Source of the DNA: a virus
Taxonomy: Duplodnaviria; Caudoviricetes
Length of the DNA stretch: 37,858 bases
Virus record (IMG/VR): IMGVR_UViG_3300050161_000085
Coordinates: 1 to 37,858 of that record
Reading direction: 5' to 3' (one strand)
How positions within the stretch are numbered: position 1 is the first letter of the stretch; each line of letters opens with the position of its first letter. Shown here piece after piece: positions 1 through 8,817 of the stretch. A program made the translations under genes and the position numbers. Below the pieces are notes generated by a model. It had not been told where the DNA came from. It did not search any database and saw nothing but the letters and a program-made list of their open reading frames with translations.

Positions 1-60
1 CGATCAGCTTTTGGCAGGGTTTGAGCGCGAGGTTTTCACGGCTTGCGGAGGGCTGACGCA

Positions 61-327
61 GTGAGGTCAAAGAACAAACCCGCTCAGACCAAGGCCGAAT
101 CAGCCCACGCCGAGCGCATAGCCGCCCAACCGTGCGTGGTGTGTGAAGCCAGCGCCCCAAGTGAGGTGCACGAGCCTGAGCAGGGATTGTGGTTCGCTTC
201 CATGCCGCTGTGCTTTGATTGCCACAGGGGCCCCGAGGGCTGGCACGGCACCAGGCTGCGCTGGAGCTTGCGCAAGATGACGGAGCTGCGGGCGATCAAT
301 CAGACGATTTGGCGGGTTTTGGGATGA
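61..327 (+). CDS. Zn-binding HNH-like nuclease (Ref/DUF968-like)
   Basis: CxxC (PCVVC), EVHE and PLCxxCHRG..GWHG motifs. GTG at 61 overlaps the upstream stop (GTGA); the ORF track starts at 43. Confidence 0.65.
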   Translation: MRSKNKPAQTKAESAHAERIAAQPCVVCEASAPSEVHEPEQGLWFASMPLCFDCHRGPEGWHGTRLRWSLRKMTELRAINQTIWRVLG

Positions 328-394
328 ATGGCAACTTTATGCAAATTTCGCATAATCTCGCGCACGCGCGCGCATTTTCACCGGGAAGACTGAA

Positions 395-691
395 ATGAAC
401 GCAAAAGCGGTTGACTGGCCCAGGCTCTTGGACGACTTGGCTTGGCTGTACGGCGAACCCGACCCGGCCAACCCGGCACTGTTGCGGATCGCTTTGGGGA
501 CGCCCACGCTGGCCGAGCGCTTGCTGGTGTCGCGCGGAACGCTCAGGCGCTGGATGGAGGAAGGCGCAGAGCCACGGCACAGCGACGGCGAAATGCTGAT
601 TGAGCGCTGGCTGGCGGTGACGGGCAAGAACCGGGAATACCTGCCCAAGGCGATCATCGTCATGTCTGCAAGCCAAATGAAGCGGGACTAG
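395..691 (+). CDS. HTH DNA-binding protein, candidate late-gene activator
   Basis: HTH-like LAERLLVSRGTLRRW..GAEPRHSDGE. It is the last gene before the structural operon and sits directly upstream of the repeated box at 693. Confidence 0.65.
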   Translation: MNAKAVDWPRLLDDLAWLYGEPDPANPALLRIALGTPTLAERLLVSRGTLRRWMEEGAEPRHSDGEMLIERWLAVTGKNREYLPKAIIVMSASQMKRD

Positions 692-692
692 C

Positions 693-726
693 TGGCTGGA
701 TTGCGCCACTGGCGCGAACGTACTCT
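693..726 (+). promoter_or_regulatory. Putative late promoter box 1 (TGGCTGGATTGCGCCA-N12-TACTCT)
   Basis: The identical 16-mer recurs at 8621-8636; both are intergenic and followed after 12 nt by a -10-like hexamer. Confidence 0.6.
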
Positions 727-756
727 GACGGCCTTGTAACCCCGTCGGAGCAGACC

Positions 757-1113
757 TTGGCCAAAACATTCAAGACACAAACGCCCGGAGCGGAACCAGC
801 CTCAAACGAATTGGCTGCAGACGTGGAGACCGCGAGTGCCGAGCTTGACGTCCTGATGGCTGACAACGCCCGATTGAACGCTGACGTGGCCCGGCTGACT
901 GCCGCCAATGTGAGCTTGAAGGATGCGCTGGACGAAGCTCTGGCCATTCGCACCGATGCGATTGACGCCGGTTCAGGCGTTGCGCCCATTCCCAAATACG
1001 TATCCAAAATCCTGACCGGCACCGAAGACTGGTCAAGCATGACGAGCACCGAAGCGCGAGCCAAGGGCTGCGACAAAACCGTCATGTGCGCGGATGGCAT
1101 TTTTGTGCCTTGA
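757..1113 (+). CDS. Hypothetical phage protein (coiled-coil)
   Basis: TTG start with GGAG upstream; first gene of the late operon; ends in ADGIFVP. Confidence 0.7.
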   Translation: MAKTFKTQTPGAEPASNELAADVETASAELDVLMADNARLNADVARLTAANVSLKDALDEALAIRTDAIDAGSGVAPIPKYVSKILTGTEDWSSMTSTEARAKGCDKTVMCADGIFVP

Positions 1114-1116
1114 TCG

Positions 1117-1398
1117 ATGTGCGATCCATTCTCCATTGGAGCATCGCTGGCGGGTAGTCTCGCGGCAAAGAAGCTGTTGACGCCAAAAACCCCCACGTTC
1201 TCAGCGCCTGATCCGGGTGCCGAGCGGGTGGCGGCGGAAACATCAGCAGCACAGGCAGCTAATGCACAGATTGCCGAAGCCAAGCGGGCCAAGCAGCTCA
1301 ATGCCCTGGCGCTGGGTGGCGACTCAACATCTGCACTTGGCAAGCCCAAGACGGGCACCAGCGTGCTCGGTAGTGGCGCAGCAGTGAGTGCATTCTGA
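1117..1398 (+). CDS. Small virion protein preceding portal (T7 gp7.3-like position)
   Basis: MC- start, Ala-rich, stop overlaps the portal start. Confidence 0.65.
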   Translation: MCDPFSIGASLAGSLAAKKLLTPKTPTFSAPDPGAERVAAETSAAQAANAQIAEAKRAKQLNALALGGDSTSALGKPKTGTSVLGSGAAVSAF

Positions 1399-2990
1399 TG
1401 ACCGATCCCGCACGCATCATCAAGCGGGCTGAGTCGCTCAAGACATTGCGCCAACAGCACGAATACATCTGGCGCGACTGCTTTGACAACAGCTTCCCCA
1501 TGCGCGGCTCCGGGCTGCAGGGCAACACGCTGACCGCGCAGCAGGGCATGGACATCAAGTCGCGCCTGGTTGATGACACGGCCACTGAATCAGGCCGCAC
1601 GCTGGCCTCAAGTCTTCAAGGCGGCATGACGCCCAGCAATGCCAAGTGGGGCGAACCCGAGGTGTTTGGTGCGGATGACAACGCCAAGCAGTGGCTGAGC
1701 GAGAGCGCCGATCAGCTCCATCAGGAGATCCACAACGCCAACTTCGACAGCGAAGGCTATGAAGCCATGATGGACATGGTTGGAGCCGGATGGTTCGCGA
1801 TGTACGTAGACGAGGACCGCAAGGAGGGCGGGCTGGTGTTCAACGCCTGGCCAATCTCTCAGGTTTACGCCTCCAGCAGCAACGCACAAGGCACTGTCGA
1901 TACGGTGTACCGCATGTACCAGCTTTCTGCCGAGCAGTGCATGAGCGAGTTTCAGGGCAAGTGCAGCGATATGGTCAAGGCCAAAGCGGTCAACGACCCC
2001 GATTTCATGGTTGACCTGGTGCATGCGATCTACCCGCGCACCGACGGCATGGACGGCGCAGGCATGGCCCGCAACCTGCCGATTGCATCGTGCCACGTCG
2101 AGGTGTCTCAAAAGCACCTGTTGCGTGAGTCGGGTTATCACGAAATGCCGGTCATCGTGCCGCGCTGGACGTTGATACCCGGCACGGCCTACGCCACCGG
2201 CCCGATGTTTGACGCCTTGCCAAGTGCACGGATGCTGAATGAATTGAAGCGCATGGACCTTGCAGCGGCTGACATTGCCATCAGCGGCATGTGGATCGCC
2301 AAAGACGACGGCGTGTTGAACCCACGCGCGATCAAGGTAGGGCCACGCAAGGTGATTGTGGCCAATGACACCGACAGCATGAAGCCGCTGATGAGTGGCG
2401 CGAACTGGCAGCTTGCCGACATCCGCATCACGCAGCTACAGGCCTCGATTCGCAAGCTGTTGATGGCTGACCAATTGCAGCCGCAGGACGGCCCCGCGAT
2501 GACGGCAACCGAGATTCACGCCCGCGTGGCGCTGATTCGCCAACTGCTGGGGCCGATGTTTGGCCGCATGCAAGCGGAATACCTCAGCGCCATGTACACC
2601 CGCGCATGGATGCTGGCCTACCGGGCTGGCGTATTCGGACCTGCGCCTGACAGCCTGGCGAACCGCAAATTCACCGTGACGTACATCAACCCGATGGCAC
2701 GCAGCCAGAAGCTCGAAGGCGTCACAGCCATCCAGACGTTCAACGCCACGATGGCCCCGATCTGGCAGATCAACCCCGAGACCAAAGACCTCGTGGACTT
2801 TGACGAGCAAGAGCGCGTGCTGGCCGATGGCCTGGGCGTGCCGCTCAAGACCTTGAACGATGCCGACAAGGTTATTTCCATCCGTGATGCCCGTACCAAG
2901 CAGCAGGCCCAACAAGCCCAGCAGGCACAGGCTCAGCAGATTCAAACCATGGCTGCTGATGCAGCTTTTAAACAAAGCGCTGCGGCGTAA
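1398..2990 (+). CDS. Portal / head-tail connector (T7 gp8 / BPP-1 type)
   Basis: 530 aa with PRW....TAYATGP, MTATEI.AR...LGP and Q-rich C-terminus typical of podoviral head-tail connectors. Confidence 0.92.
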   Translation: MTDPARIIKRAESLKTLRQQHEYIWRDCFDNSFPMRGSGLQGNTLTAQQGMDIKSRLVDDTATESGRTLASSLQGGMTPSNAKWGEPEVFGADDNAKQWLSESADQLHQEIHNANFDSEGYEAMMDMVGAGWFAMYVDEDRKEGGLVFNAWPISQVYASSSNAQGTVDTVYRMYQLSAEQCMSEFQGKCSDMVKAKAVNDPDFMVDLVHAIYPRTDGMDGAGMARNLPIASCHVEVSQKHLLRESGYHEMPVIVPRWTLIPGTAYATGPMFDALPSARMLNELKRMDLAAADIAISGMWIAKDDGVLNPRAIKVGPRKVIVANDTDSMKPLMSGANWQLADIRITQLQASIRKLLMADQLQPQDGPAMTATEIHARVALIRQLLGPMFGRMQAEYLSAMYTRAWMLAYRAGVFGPAPDSLANRKFTVTYINPMARSQKLEGVTAIQTFNATMAPIWQINPETKDLVDFDEQERVLADGLGVPLKTLNDADKVISIRDARTKQQAQQAQQAQAQQIQTMAADAAFKQSAAA

Positions 2991-3000
2991 GGAGTCAATC

Positions 3001-3309
3001 ATGTCTGGACCACTGGTACAAGAAACCTTCACCACCGGGCCCACCAGCTCGGTAGGCAATTTCTCCGACGTGGCCATTGTGCCAACGGGCATGACCACCA
3101 TGCGCCTGACCACGCTTGGGCTGGATGCCTCCAACACCATCAAGACGCAGAAGCGCACGGCGGGCGGCGTGTTTACCGATCAAGTCACCTACAACTCCGA
3201 GCAAAACAACGTGGCCATCACGGTTGCAACGGGTGAGGAATGGCGGGTGGCTCAGGTCACGCAGATTGCCAACAAAGACGTGCGCTACAAACTTTCGCTG
3301 GAGAACTGA
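3001..3309 (+). CDS. Small beta-rich virion-associated protein
   Basis: ATG at 3001 with AAGGAG RBS; Thr/Val-rich; lies in the structural operon. Confidence 0.7.
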   Translation: MSGPLVQETFTTGPTSSVGNFSDVAIVPTGMTTMRLTTLGLDASNTIKTQKRTAGGVFTDQVTYNSEQNNVAITVATGEEWRVAQVTQIANKDVRYKLSLEN

Positions 3310-3311
3310 TC

Positions 3312-3545
3312 ATGGCAACCCTCACCACCACACTCGCCGCCGTGTTCACCCCGGCTGTGGGTGACTTCAACGTGCAAGCATCTGGCGGACTCGCTTACCT
3401 GCAAAGACGACAAACATCCGGTGCGGCATGGGTCACCGTTGGCAGCTTTCAAAACGAGGGCTGCATTGTGTCCAACCCGATTGCAGCCGCAGATTTCAGG
3501 TTCATGTCGCATTCGAGCACGACAGTCGTCCAAGCGGATCAATGA
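3312..3545 (+). CDS. Small beta-rich virion-associated protein (possible fibre anchor)
   Basis: ATG at 3312 with GGAG upstream; ATGA overlap with the next gene. Confidence 0.7.
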   Translation: MATLTTTLAAVFTPAVGDFNVQASGGLAYLQRRQTSGAAWVTVGSFQNEGCIVSNPIAAADFRFMSHSSTTVVQADQ

Positions 3546-6490
3546 GCACGATTCGCCGCGCTGTTCAGTCGGTGTTTCGTCGGCTGACAAGAAGCCCTCT
3601 TTTTATCGGTGGGCAGGGCGTAGGCTTCACCATCAACAGCCCAACCGTTTTGGAGAGCGCGGGCACGATCACTTTCACGGTTACGCTGTCGCGCTCACTG
3701 GCCGTCACCGCTACCGTAGCCTACAACACGACTAGCGGCACTGCCACCGTTGGCTCAGACGTGGTGGCCGGAACGTCCGCGCTGTCAGGCACACTGACCT
3801 ATACCGCTGGCCAAACGGTCAAGACCATCGTCCTGAACATCAGCGACGACGCCACGGTTGAGGGCACTGAGAACTTCTTCGTCACACTGTCAGCCCCAAC
3901 CAACGCCTTGCTGCTCAACACGACCGGCACCGGCACGATCCTGGACAACGACAACCCTGCGGTGTCGATCAACTCACCTACCGTGGGTGAAGGTGCTGGA
4001 ACCATCGGGTTCACTGTCACGCTAGCATCGGCCTCTGCCGGAACCTGCACGGTTGACTACACCAGCGCCAGCGGCTCGGCTACGGTTGGCACGGACATCA
4101 CGGCTGGAACCAGCCCGCTCAACGGCACGCTGACCTTCACGCCCGGCCAAACCAGCAAGACGATCACCCACAACGTCACCGATGACGCATTTGTAGAGGG
4201 TACGGAGACTTACACCGTCACGCTGTCCAACTACGTTAACTGCGTGGCCGGTACAGCGGTGGGGACGGGCACGATCACCGATAACGATGTCGCTGCGACA
4301 GTATCCACGGTCAGCAGCAACTCAGCGATTGAGGGCCTGAACATTGTTCACACCGTCACGATGTCATCCAGCGCGGGCGCAACCGTAGCCATTTCGGCTA
4401 CAGGCGTGACGGCTACGGGCGGCGGCACGGACTTTACTTCGACGCTGACGAACGGCATGTTCAACAACGGCGTAACCATATCGGGCGGGAATATCACCGT
4501 GCCCAATGGCGTGAGCAGCTTCACTGTGAGCATACCGACCACAGTAGATGTGACTGTGGAGCCAACCGAGACTTACACCCTGACCGTGGGCGGGGTGAGT
4601 GGCACAGGCTCAATCCTGGACAACGACTACCCCAAGACGTTCAGCCTGGTGCTGTCCAGCCCAACAAACGCCACGATTCTGGACGGCACGGGTGTGGCGA
4701 CGATCAATGCGGCCAGCGCAGCCATAACCCCTAGCCTCGCCACCAACCGCTCCAGCGCTTCAGATACAGGTGTTGCCCCCTTTGCCGTGATGTTTGATGC
4801 GTCGGCAACGACTGCAGCAAGCCTGACCAGCAACCCATTCCATGACCTTTACTACTACATCGACTTCGGTGATACAGGGGCGGGGACGTGGGCTTATGGC
4901 ACTCAGCCATCGACGTTAAGCCGAAACAAAGCCTATGGCCCGATCAGTGGACATGTGTTTGAAACTCCGGGCACTTACACAGTCACCCAATGGGTGTACG
5001 ACCCGATAACGCTTGCTGTTGCCAGCACGACCAAGACGATTACGGTAACCGACCCAGACACAGTGTTCTCCACAACCAACACGATTTGTATTGCAAACGG
5101 CACCTTGCCTGTATCTGGCGTCAACGGCGTGCCAACGGGTGCGACGTGTGTGAACTCCTCCAGCTGGGCCACGATTGTCAGCTATATGACTACGGGCAAG
5201 CGTGTGCTACTCAAGCGCGGTGATACGTGGACAACCCCAGCCACATCGACCAGCTTTAACAATGCAGGCCCCGGCATTTTGGGAGCTTTTGGCACGGGCG
5301 CGGATCCGGTCATTGTCATTGGCACGATGGACACCCATGCCCTGGATGGTGGAACATCTTTCCAAGACTGGCGCTTCATGAATCTGGAAGTGCAGGCCAC
5401 GGCACTAGGCTCCACCTACGGTTCAAACGGCGTGCGATTCGTCAGCACGAATGCAGACTTCACATCAACTGCAGGCAAGTACACGCTGGCATTGAATGTT
5501 TATGGGCACCATATCGGGCAGGTTATTCCACCGGGTGACGATTCGATCATTGCCAACTGCCGGTACAACAACATTCAGGGCGGCGAGGGTAATGCCGGCA
5601 TCTTCGTGGCGAACAGGTCACGCCTTGCCATCCTCGGGACTGAGGTGAACGATGCAACTCTGGCTGAACATTGCATCAGGCTTCAAGGCGTGCAAAAGGC
5701 AGTGGTGAGCAGCTGCAAGCTCAAAGACCCCAAGGCAACCGACAAGCACGCGCTGACTGTGCGCGGCTGGTATGGCGGCTCAAATACGTTCAGTGGAACC
5801 TACACCGATCAGGTGATTTTGTCTGACAACGACATCAGCGGTGACAGCTACGCACTAGTCCATTTGGACAGCGAAAACTCAACAGCAGATGAGCGCCTGA
5901 AAAATGTCATCTTTGAACGCAACAAAGTTGCCATCAAGACGGGCTATACCTATGGACAGCTGTTAATCAGCACAGTCGAATCCGGCCTGACAATCCGCAA
6001 CAACCTGTTTGATCTGACCAATGTGTCAGAGCAGGCCATCATCATCCTGAACCAGTCTACAGCGGCCCCAGCCTGTACCAGCGCCTACATCTACAACAAT
6101 ACCGCCTACAGCGCAGCGCCTAACGGCTCAATCGGGGCAGATGGGCGTGCCGATACGACTGGCACGATTGCGTTCATTCGAGTAAATGACGGCAATGCCA
6201 AGCCGATCAGCGGCGTGGTCATCAAAAATAACGTGGCCTACACGCCAAGCGGCAACAGCCCAACATTTATCACCACGGGCGGCACGGTCAGCTACACGGC
6301 ATCCAACAACAGCAGCAATGCACAAATGAGCGGCACAAGCCCTTCATTTGGAGCAACTCCACCTGTCACCAATGCCAACTGGACGCCATCAGGCTACCCG
6401 GTCAACGCAGGTACTGCGGTCCCTGTTTATGACGACTTCTTCACGACTGCACGCAGCGGAACGATGGATATGGGAGCAATCAACGTATGA
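3542..6490 (+). CDS. Large adhesin-like virion protein: 3x Calx-beta + PKD + parallel beta-helix (982 aa)
   Basis: Three repeats ending GTI.DND; PKD motif (DFGD...HVFETPGTYTVT); RVLLKRGDTW followed by beta-helix-like repeats (IYNNT, IKNN). ATGA-coupled start at 3542. Confidence 0.85.
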   Translation: MSTIRRAVQSVFRRLTRSPLFIGGQGVGFTINSPTVLESAGTITFTVTLSRSLAVTATVAYNTTSGTATVGSDVVAGTSALSGTLTYTAGQTVKTIVLNISDDATVEGTENFFVTLSAPTNALLLNTTGTGTILDNDNPAVSINSPTVGEGAGTIGFTVTLASASAGTCTVDYTSASGSATVGTDITAGTSPLNGTLTFTPGQTSKTITHNVTDDAFVEGTETYTVTLSNYVNCVAGTAVGTGTITDNDVAATVSTVSSNSAIEGLNIVHTVTMSSSAGATVAISATGVTATGGGTDFTSTLTNGMFNNGVTISGGNITVPNGVSSFTVSIPTTVDVTVEPTETYTLTVGGVSGTGSILDNDYPKTFSLVLSSPTNATILDGTGVATINAASAAITPSLATNRSSASDTGVAPFAVMFDASATTAASLTSNPFHDLYYYIDFGDTGAGTWAYGTQPSTLSRNKAYGPISGHVFETPGTYTVTQWVYDPITLAVASTTKTITVTDPDTVFSTTNTICIANGTLPVSGVNGVPTGATCVNSSSWATIVSYMTTGKRVLLKRGDTWTTPATSTSFNNAGPGILGAFGTGADPVIVIGTMDTHALDGGTSFQDWRFMNLEVQATALGSTYGSNGVRFVSTNADFTSTAGKYTLALNVYGHHIGQVIPPGDDSIIANCRYNNIQGGEGNAGIFVANRSRLAILGTEVNDATLAEHCIRLQGVQKAVVSSCKLKDPKATDKHALTVRGWYGGSNTFSGTYTDQVILSDNDISGDSYALVHLDSENSTADERLKNVIFERNKVAIKTGYTYGQLLISTVESGLTIRNNLFDLTNVSEQAIIILNQSTAAPACTSAYIYNNTAYSAAPNGSIGADGRADTTGTIAFIRVNDGNAKPISGVVIKNNVAYTPSGNSPTFITTGGTVSYTASNNSSNAQMSGTSPSFGATPPVTNANWTPSGYPVNAGTAVPVYDDFFTTARSGTMDMGAINV
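3626..4627 (+). repeat. Three tandem Calx-beta-type domain repeats (3626-3952, 3962-4288, 4292-4627)
   Basis: Repeated SINSPTV.E.AGTI.FTVTL...DD..VEGTE...TL...GTGTI.DND. The third repeat resembles T1SS/RTX-adhesin-type repeats. Confidence 0.85.
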
Positions 6491-7368
6491 CCATCGCTCA
6501 AGTACAGACGCGGCCAACAGCGGCCTATGTATCGACCTACGCAGGCACGCTGTCGGATTCGTTTGCATCATTGCCAACTATCGGCAACTATGTGATTGTT
6601 GTCGGTGGTGCTTACAACGCAACCGCTACGTTCGGTGTAACTGACAACCAAGGCCACACGTACACCGTTAACCAGTCTGCCGGTGGTGACACCACGATGT
6701 TCTTTGCCTTCGCAAAGGTCACGGCATCAAGCGGCACGTTCACTGTCACGTCAACGCAGGCGGGTAACCGTAGTGCGACGATGCAAATATCCGAATGGTC
6801 TGGAATAGACGCATCGACGCCGCTGGGCAACTTCGCATTTTCGTCCTCAATGGCTGCGGCGGCTGCAACCACAGTAACGGGCCAGCTTGCCATAACAGCC
6901 ATCGGCGGCAATGGTACGGGAGGCGCTTTCACCAATCCGTCCGGCTTTACGACGATGGACATTGCGACGTATGCAAATGCCGCGCAAGGCTCTTCCTACA
7001 AACTGTGCGGTGCTGCGGCTACTGAAACAGCAACGTGGACAGGGACGCCGCCAAGTGACAGTGTCATCAGCTTGATTGCGCTGTTTATGCCTGCGGCTGG
7101 AAGCACACCAACCCTGTCGGTCAGCGACCCTACAGCCGTAGCCGCCGCATCCGGCAGCAGCGCCGTTTACACCGTCACGCTGTCAGCATCCAGTGCATCT
7201 GTCATCACCTGCACATCGGTGCTGACCGATATCACGGCTTATCAAGGAACGGACTACACCGGGCCAATCACCAGTGGCATGTGCAGCAACAGCGTCACGG
7301 TATCGGGCAGCACGATGTCGATACCGGCTGGTGTGACGAGTTTCACTGTGACGGTGCCGGTTACCTGA
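6487..7368 (+). CDS. Beta-sandwich virion protein with C-terminally truncated Calx-beta-like domain
   Basis: ATGA-coupled. C-terminus TDYTGPITSGMCSNSVTVSGSTMSIPAGVTSFTVTVPVT is paralogous to repeat 3 of the upstream gene. Confidence 0.75.
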   Translation: MTIAQVQTRPTAAYVSTYAGTLSDSFASLPTIGNYVIVVGGAYNATATFGVTDNQGHTYTVNQSAGGDTTMFFAFAKVTASSGTFTVTSTQAGNRSATMQISEWSGIDASTPLGNFAFSSSMAAAAATTVTGQLAITAIGGNGTGGAFTNPSGFTTMDIATYANAAQGSSYKLCGAAATETATWTGTPPSDSVISLIALFMPAAGSTPTLSVSDPTAVAAASGSSAVYTVTLSASSASVITCTSVLTDITAYQGTDYTGPITSGMCSNSVTVSGSTMSIPAGVTSFTVTVPVT

Positions 7369-7379
7369 GCAATACGCCC

Positions 7380-7628
7380 ATGAACGGACCAGCAGTCGAT
7401 GCCGCTATGTACGCGCGCGTTTTTGAGGGGCACCACGAAGGTGCCTTGATCCTTGAAGACCTGACGCGCCGCTTTTATGACCGTCAGCTTTACGTCAAAG
7501 GCGGCATGGAAGCACAGCGCGAAACCGATCACCGCCTTGGTGCGCGTGAGGTGGTGCATCACATCTTGATCCAGCTATCGCAAGTCGGGCAACCCGACCC
7601 GAACGACGACGACGAAGCCAACACCTGA
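7380..7628 (+). CDS. Conserved small protein between portal and scaffold (BPP-1 Bbp19-like)
   Basis: YARVF....G..ILEDL..RF...G.REVV..I motif and synteny. Confidence 0.75.
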   Translation: MNGPAVDAAMYARVFEGHHEGALILEDLTRRFYDRQLYVKGGMEAQRETDHRLGAREVVHHILIQLSQVGQPDPNDDDEANT

Positions 7629-7652
7629 TTTTTCAACCGAAGGAGTAACGAC

Positions 7653-8609
7653 ATGCGAGGTAAACACTATGTTTTCATGGATGACCAACTGGGTGCAGCG
7701 GGTGGCGGACAATCGGGCGCACCGGCAGGCGCAGCAGCAACTGGAGCGCCAAGCGGCGGTGCAGGCGCTGGCGTACCCGCGTCGGCTGGGGCAAATAGTG
7801 GTGCTCCCGCCGGGTCTGTCCTTGCAGCAGGCGCTTTGGCAAGCCCAGCAGCTACGGGCGCTGCACCCGGACCCAATGACTGGATACCCGAAAAACACCG
7901 CGTCCTCAAGGAAGACCAGACGCTCGACCTCGAAGCGTCGGCACGCAAGGTAGCAGAAGCCTATGGCGCGGCAGAGAAGCGCATCGGCTCGGGTGACATT
8001 CCACCCAAGACGGCGGATGAGTACAAGCTGAACGTGCCCGAGGCGCTGGCCGCCACGTTCAAGGCCGAAGACCTGGCAAAAGACCCGCTGACCAAGGAGT
8101 TTTTGGGCAAGGCACATGCCGCTGGCCTGACGCAAAAGCAGGTGGATTTCGCCATGTCGGAGTTTCTGACCCGGGCGACAGGCTTGACGGATGGCGTGAA
8201 GCAGCTCGATCACAACGACTGCGTATCCAAGCTCAAGGAGACGTGGAAGAACGAGGCCGACTACAACAAGAATCTGGGCGCTGCGTTTCGTGCCGGCAAG
8301 CAATATGCCGGTGAGGACTTTGACGGCATCCTGAAAGACTACGGCAACGACCCGCGTGTGGTCCGCATGCTCGCCAAGGTGGGCTCTGAAATGCAGGAAG
8401 ACACCGGGGCCCCCGCTGGTGCCCAGGGGCAAACTGCTGCGGCCGCACTCAAGACGGAGCACGATGCCCTGGCGATCTACCTGAATAACGGAGCCAATCG
8501 CAACCAACCCGAATACGCGGCAAAGAACCAGCGGTATGCGCAGCTCGGCGCACAACTGTTTGGAACGGGCGCACGCAAAAGTGGCGCTGTAACTGTCGGC
8601 GCTTTGTAG
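7653..8609 (+). CDS. Capsid assembly scaffolding protein
   Basis: Low-complexity A/G/P N-terminus; IPEK, P...DEYKL and GNDPRVVRML motifs; AAGGAG RBS; precedes the capsid gene. Confidence 0.85.
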   Translation: MRGKHYVFMDDQLGAAGGGQSGAPAGAAATGAPSGGAGAGVPASAGANSGAPAGSVLAAGALASPAATGAAPGPNDWIPEKHRVLKEDQTLDLEASARKVAEAYGAAEKRIGSGDIPPKTADEYKLNVPEALAATFKAEDLAKDPLTKEFLGKAHAAGLTQKQVDFAMSEFLTRATGLTDGVKQLDHNDCVSKLKETWKNEADYNKNLGAAFRAGKQYAGEDFDGILKDYGNDPRVVRMLAKVGSEMQEDTGAPAGAQGQTAAAALKTEHDALAIYLNNGANRNQPEYAAKNQRYAQLGAQLFGTGARKSGAVTVGAL

Positions 8610-8620
8610 TGCTTGGCGTG

Positions 8621-8654
8621 TGGCTGGATTGCGCCAGCCACACAGTTAGACCAT
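8621..8654 (+). promoter_or_regulatory. Putative late promoter box 2 (TGGCTGGATTGCGCCA-N12-GACCAT)
   Basis: Exact copy of 693-708; embedded in a 10-bp inverted repeat (8618-8643); upstream of the capsid gene. Confidence 0.6.
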
Positions 8655-8663
8655 TGCGGCCAA

Positions 8664-8817
8664 GCTGGTCCGATGTGGCAATTGGATACCCGGCGCTCAA
8701 GGCAACTTGAGCAAGCCCGAAAGAGCGTACTGCAGCCGGTATTGCTCACGTAATGAGGCCCCTCACGGGACACCCTAAAGGCGAACTTTTCTATGTTCAA
8801 TTTCAGGAGTATCCCTC
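8664..8817 (+). promoter_or_regulatory. Structured 5' leader of the major capsid gene
   Basis: Hairpins with GCAA (8695-8712) and GAAA (8715-8726) loops and two GGYCC-loop-GGAYACCC stems; CAGGAG RBS. Confidence 0.55.

Noticed and set aside
3428-3541. Longer N-terminus for the Calx-beta protein
   Set aside because: Overlaps the upstream gene; the ATGA-coupled start at 3542 is more plausible.
8618-8643. Hairpin as an intrinsic terminator after the scaffold gene
   Set aside because: No U-tract, and it coincides with the repeated promoter-like box.
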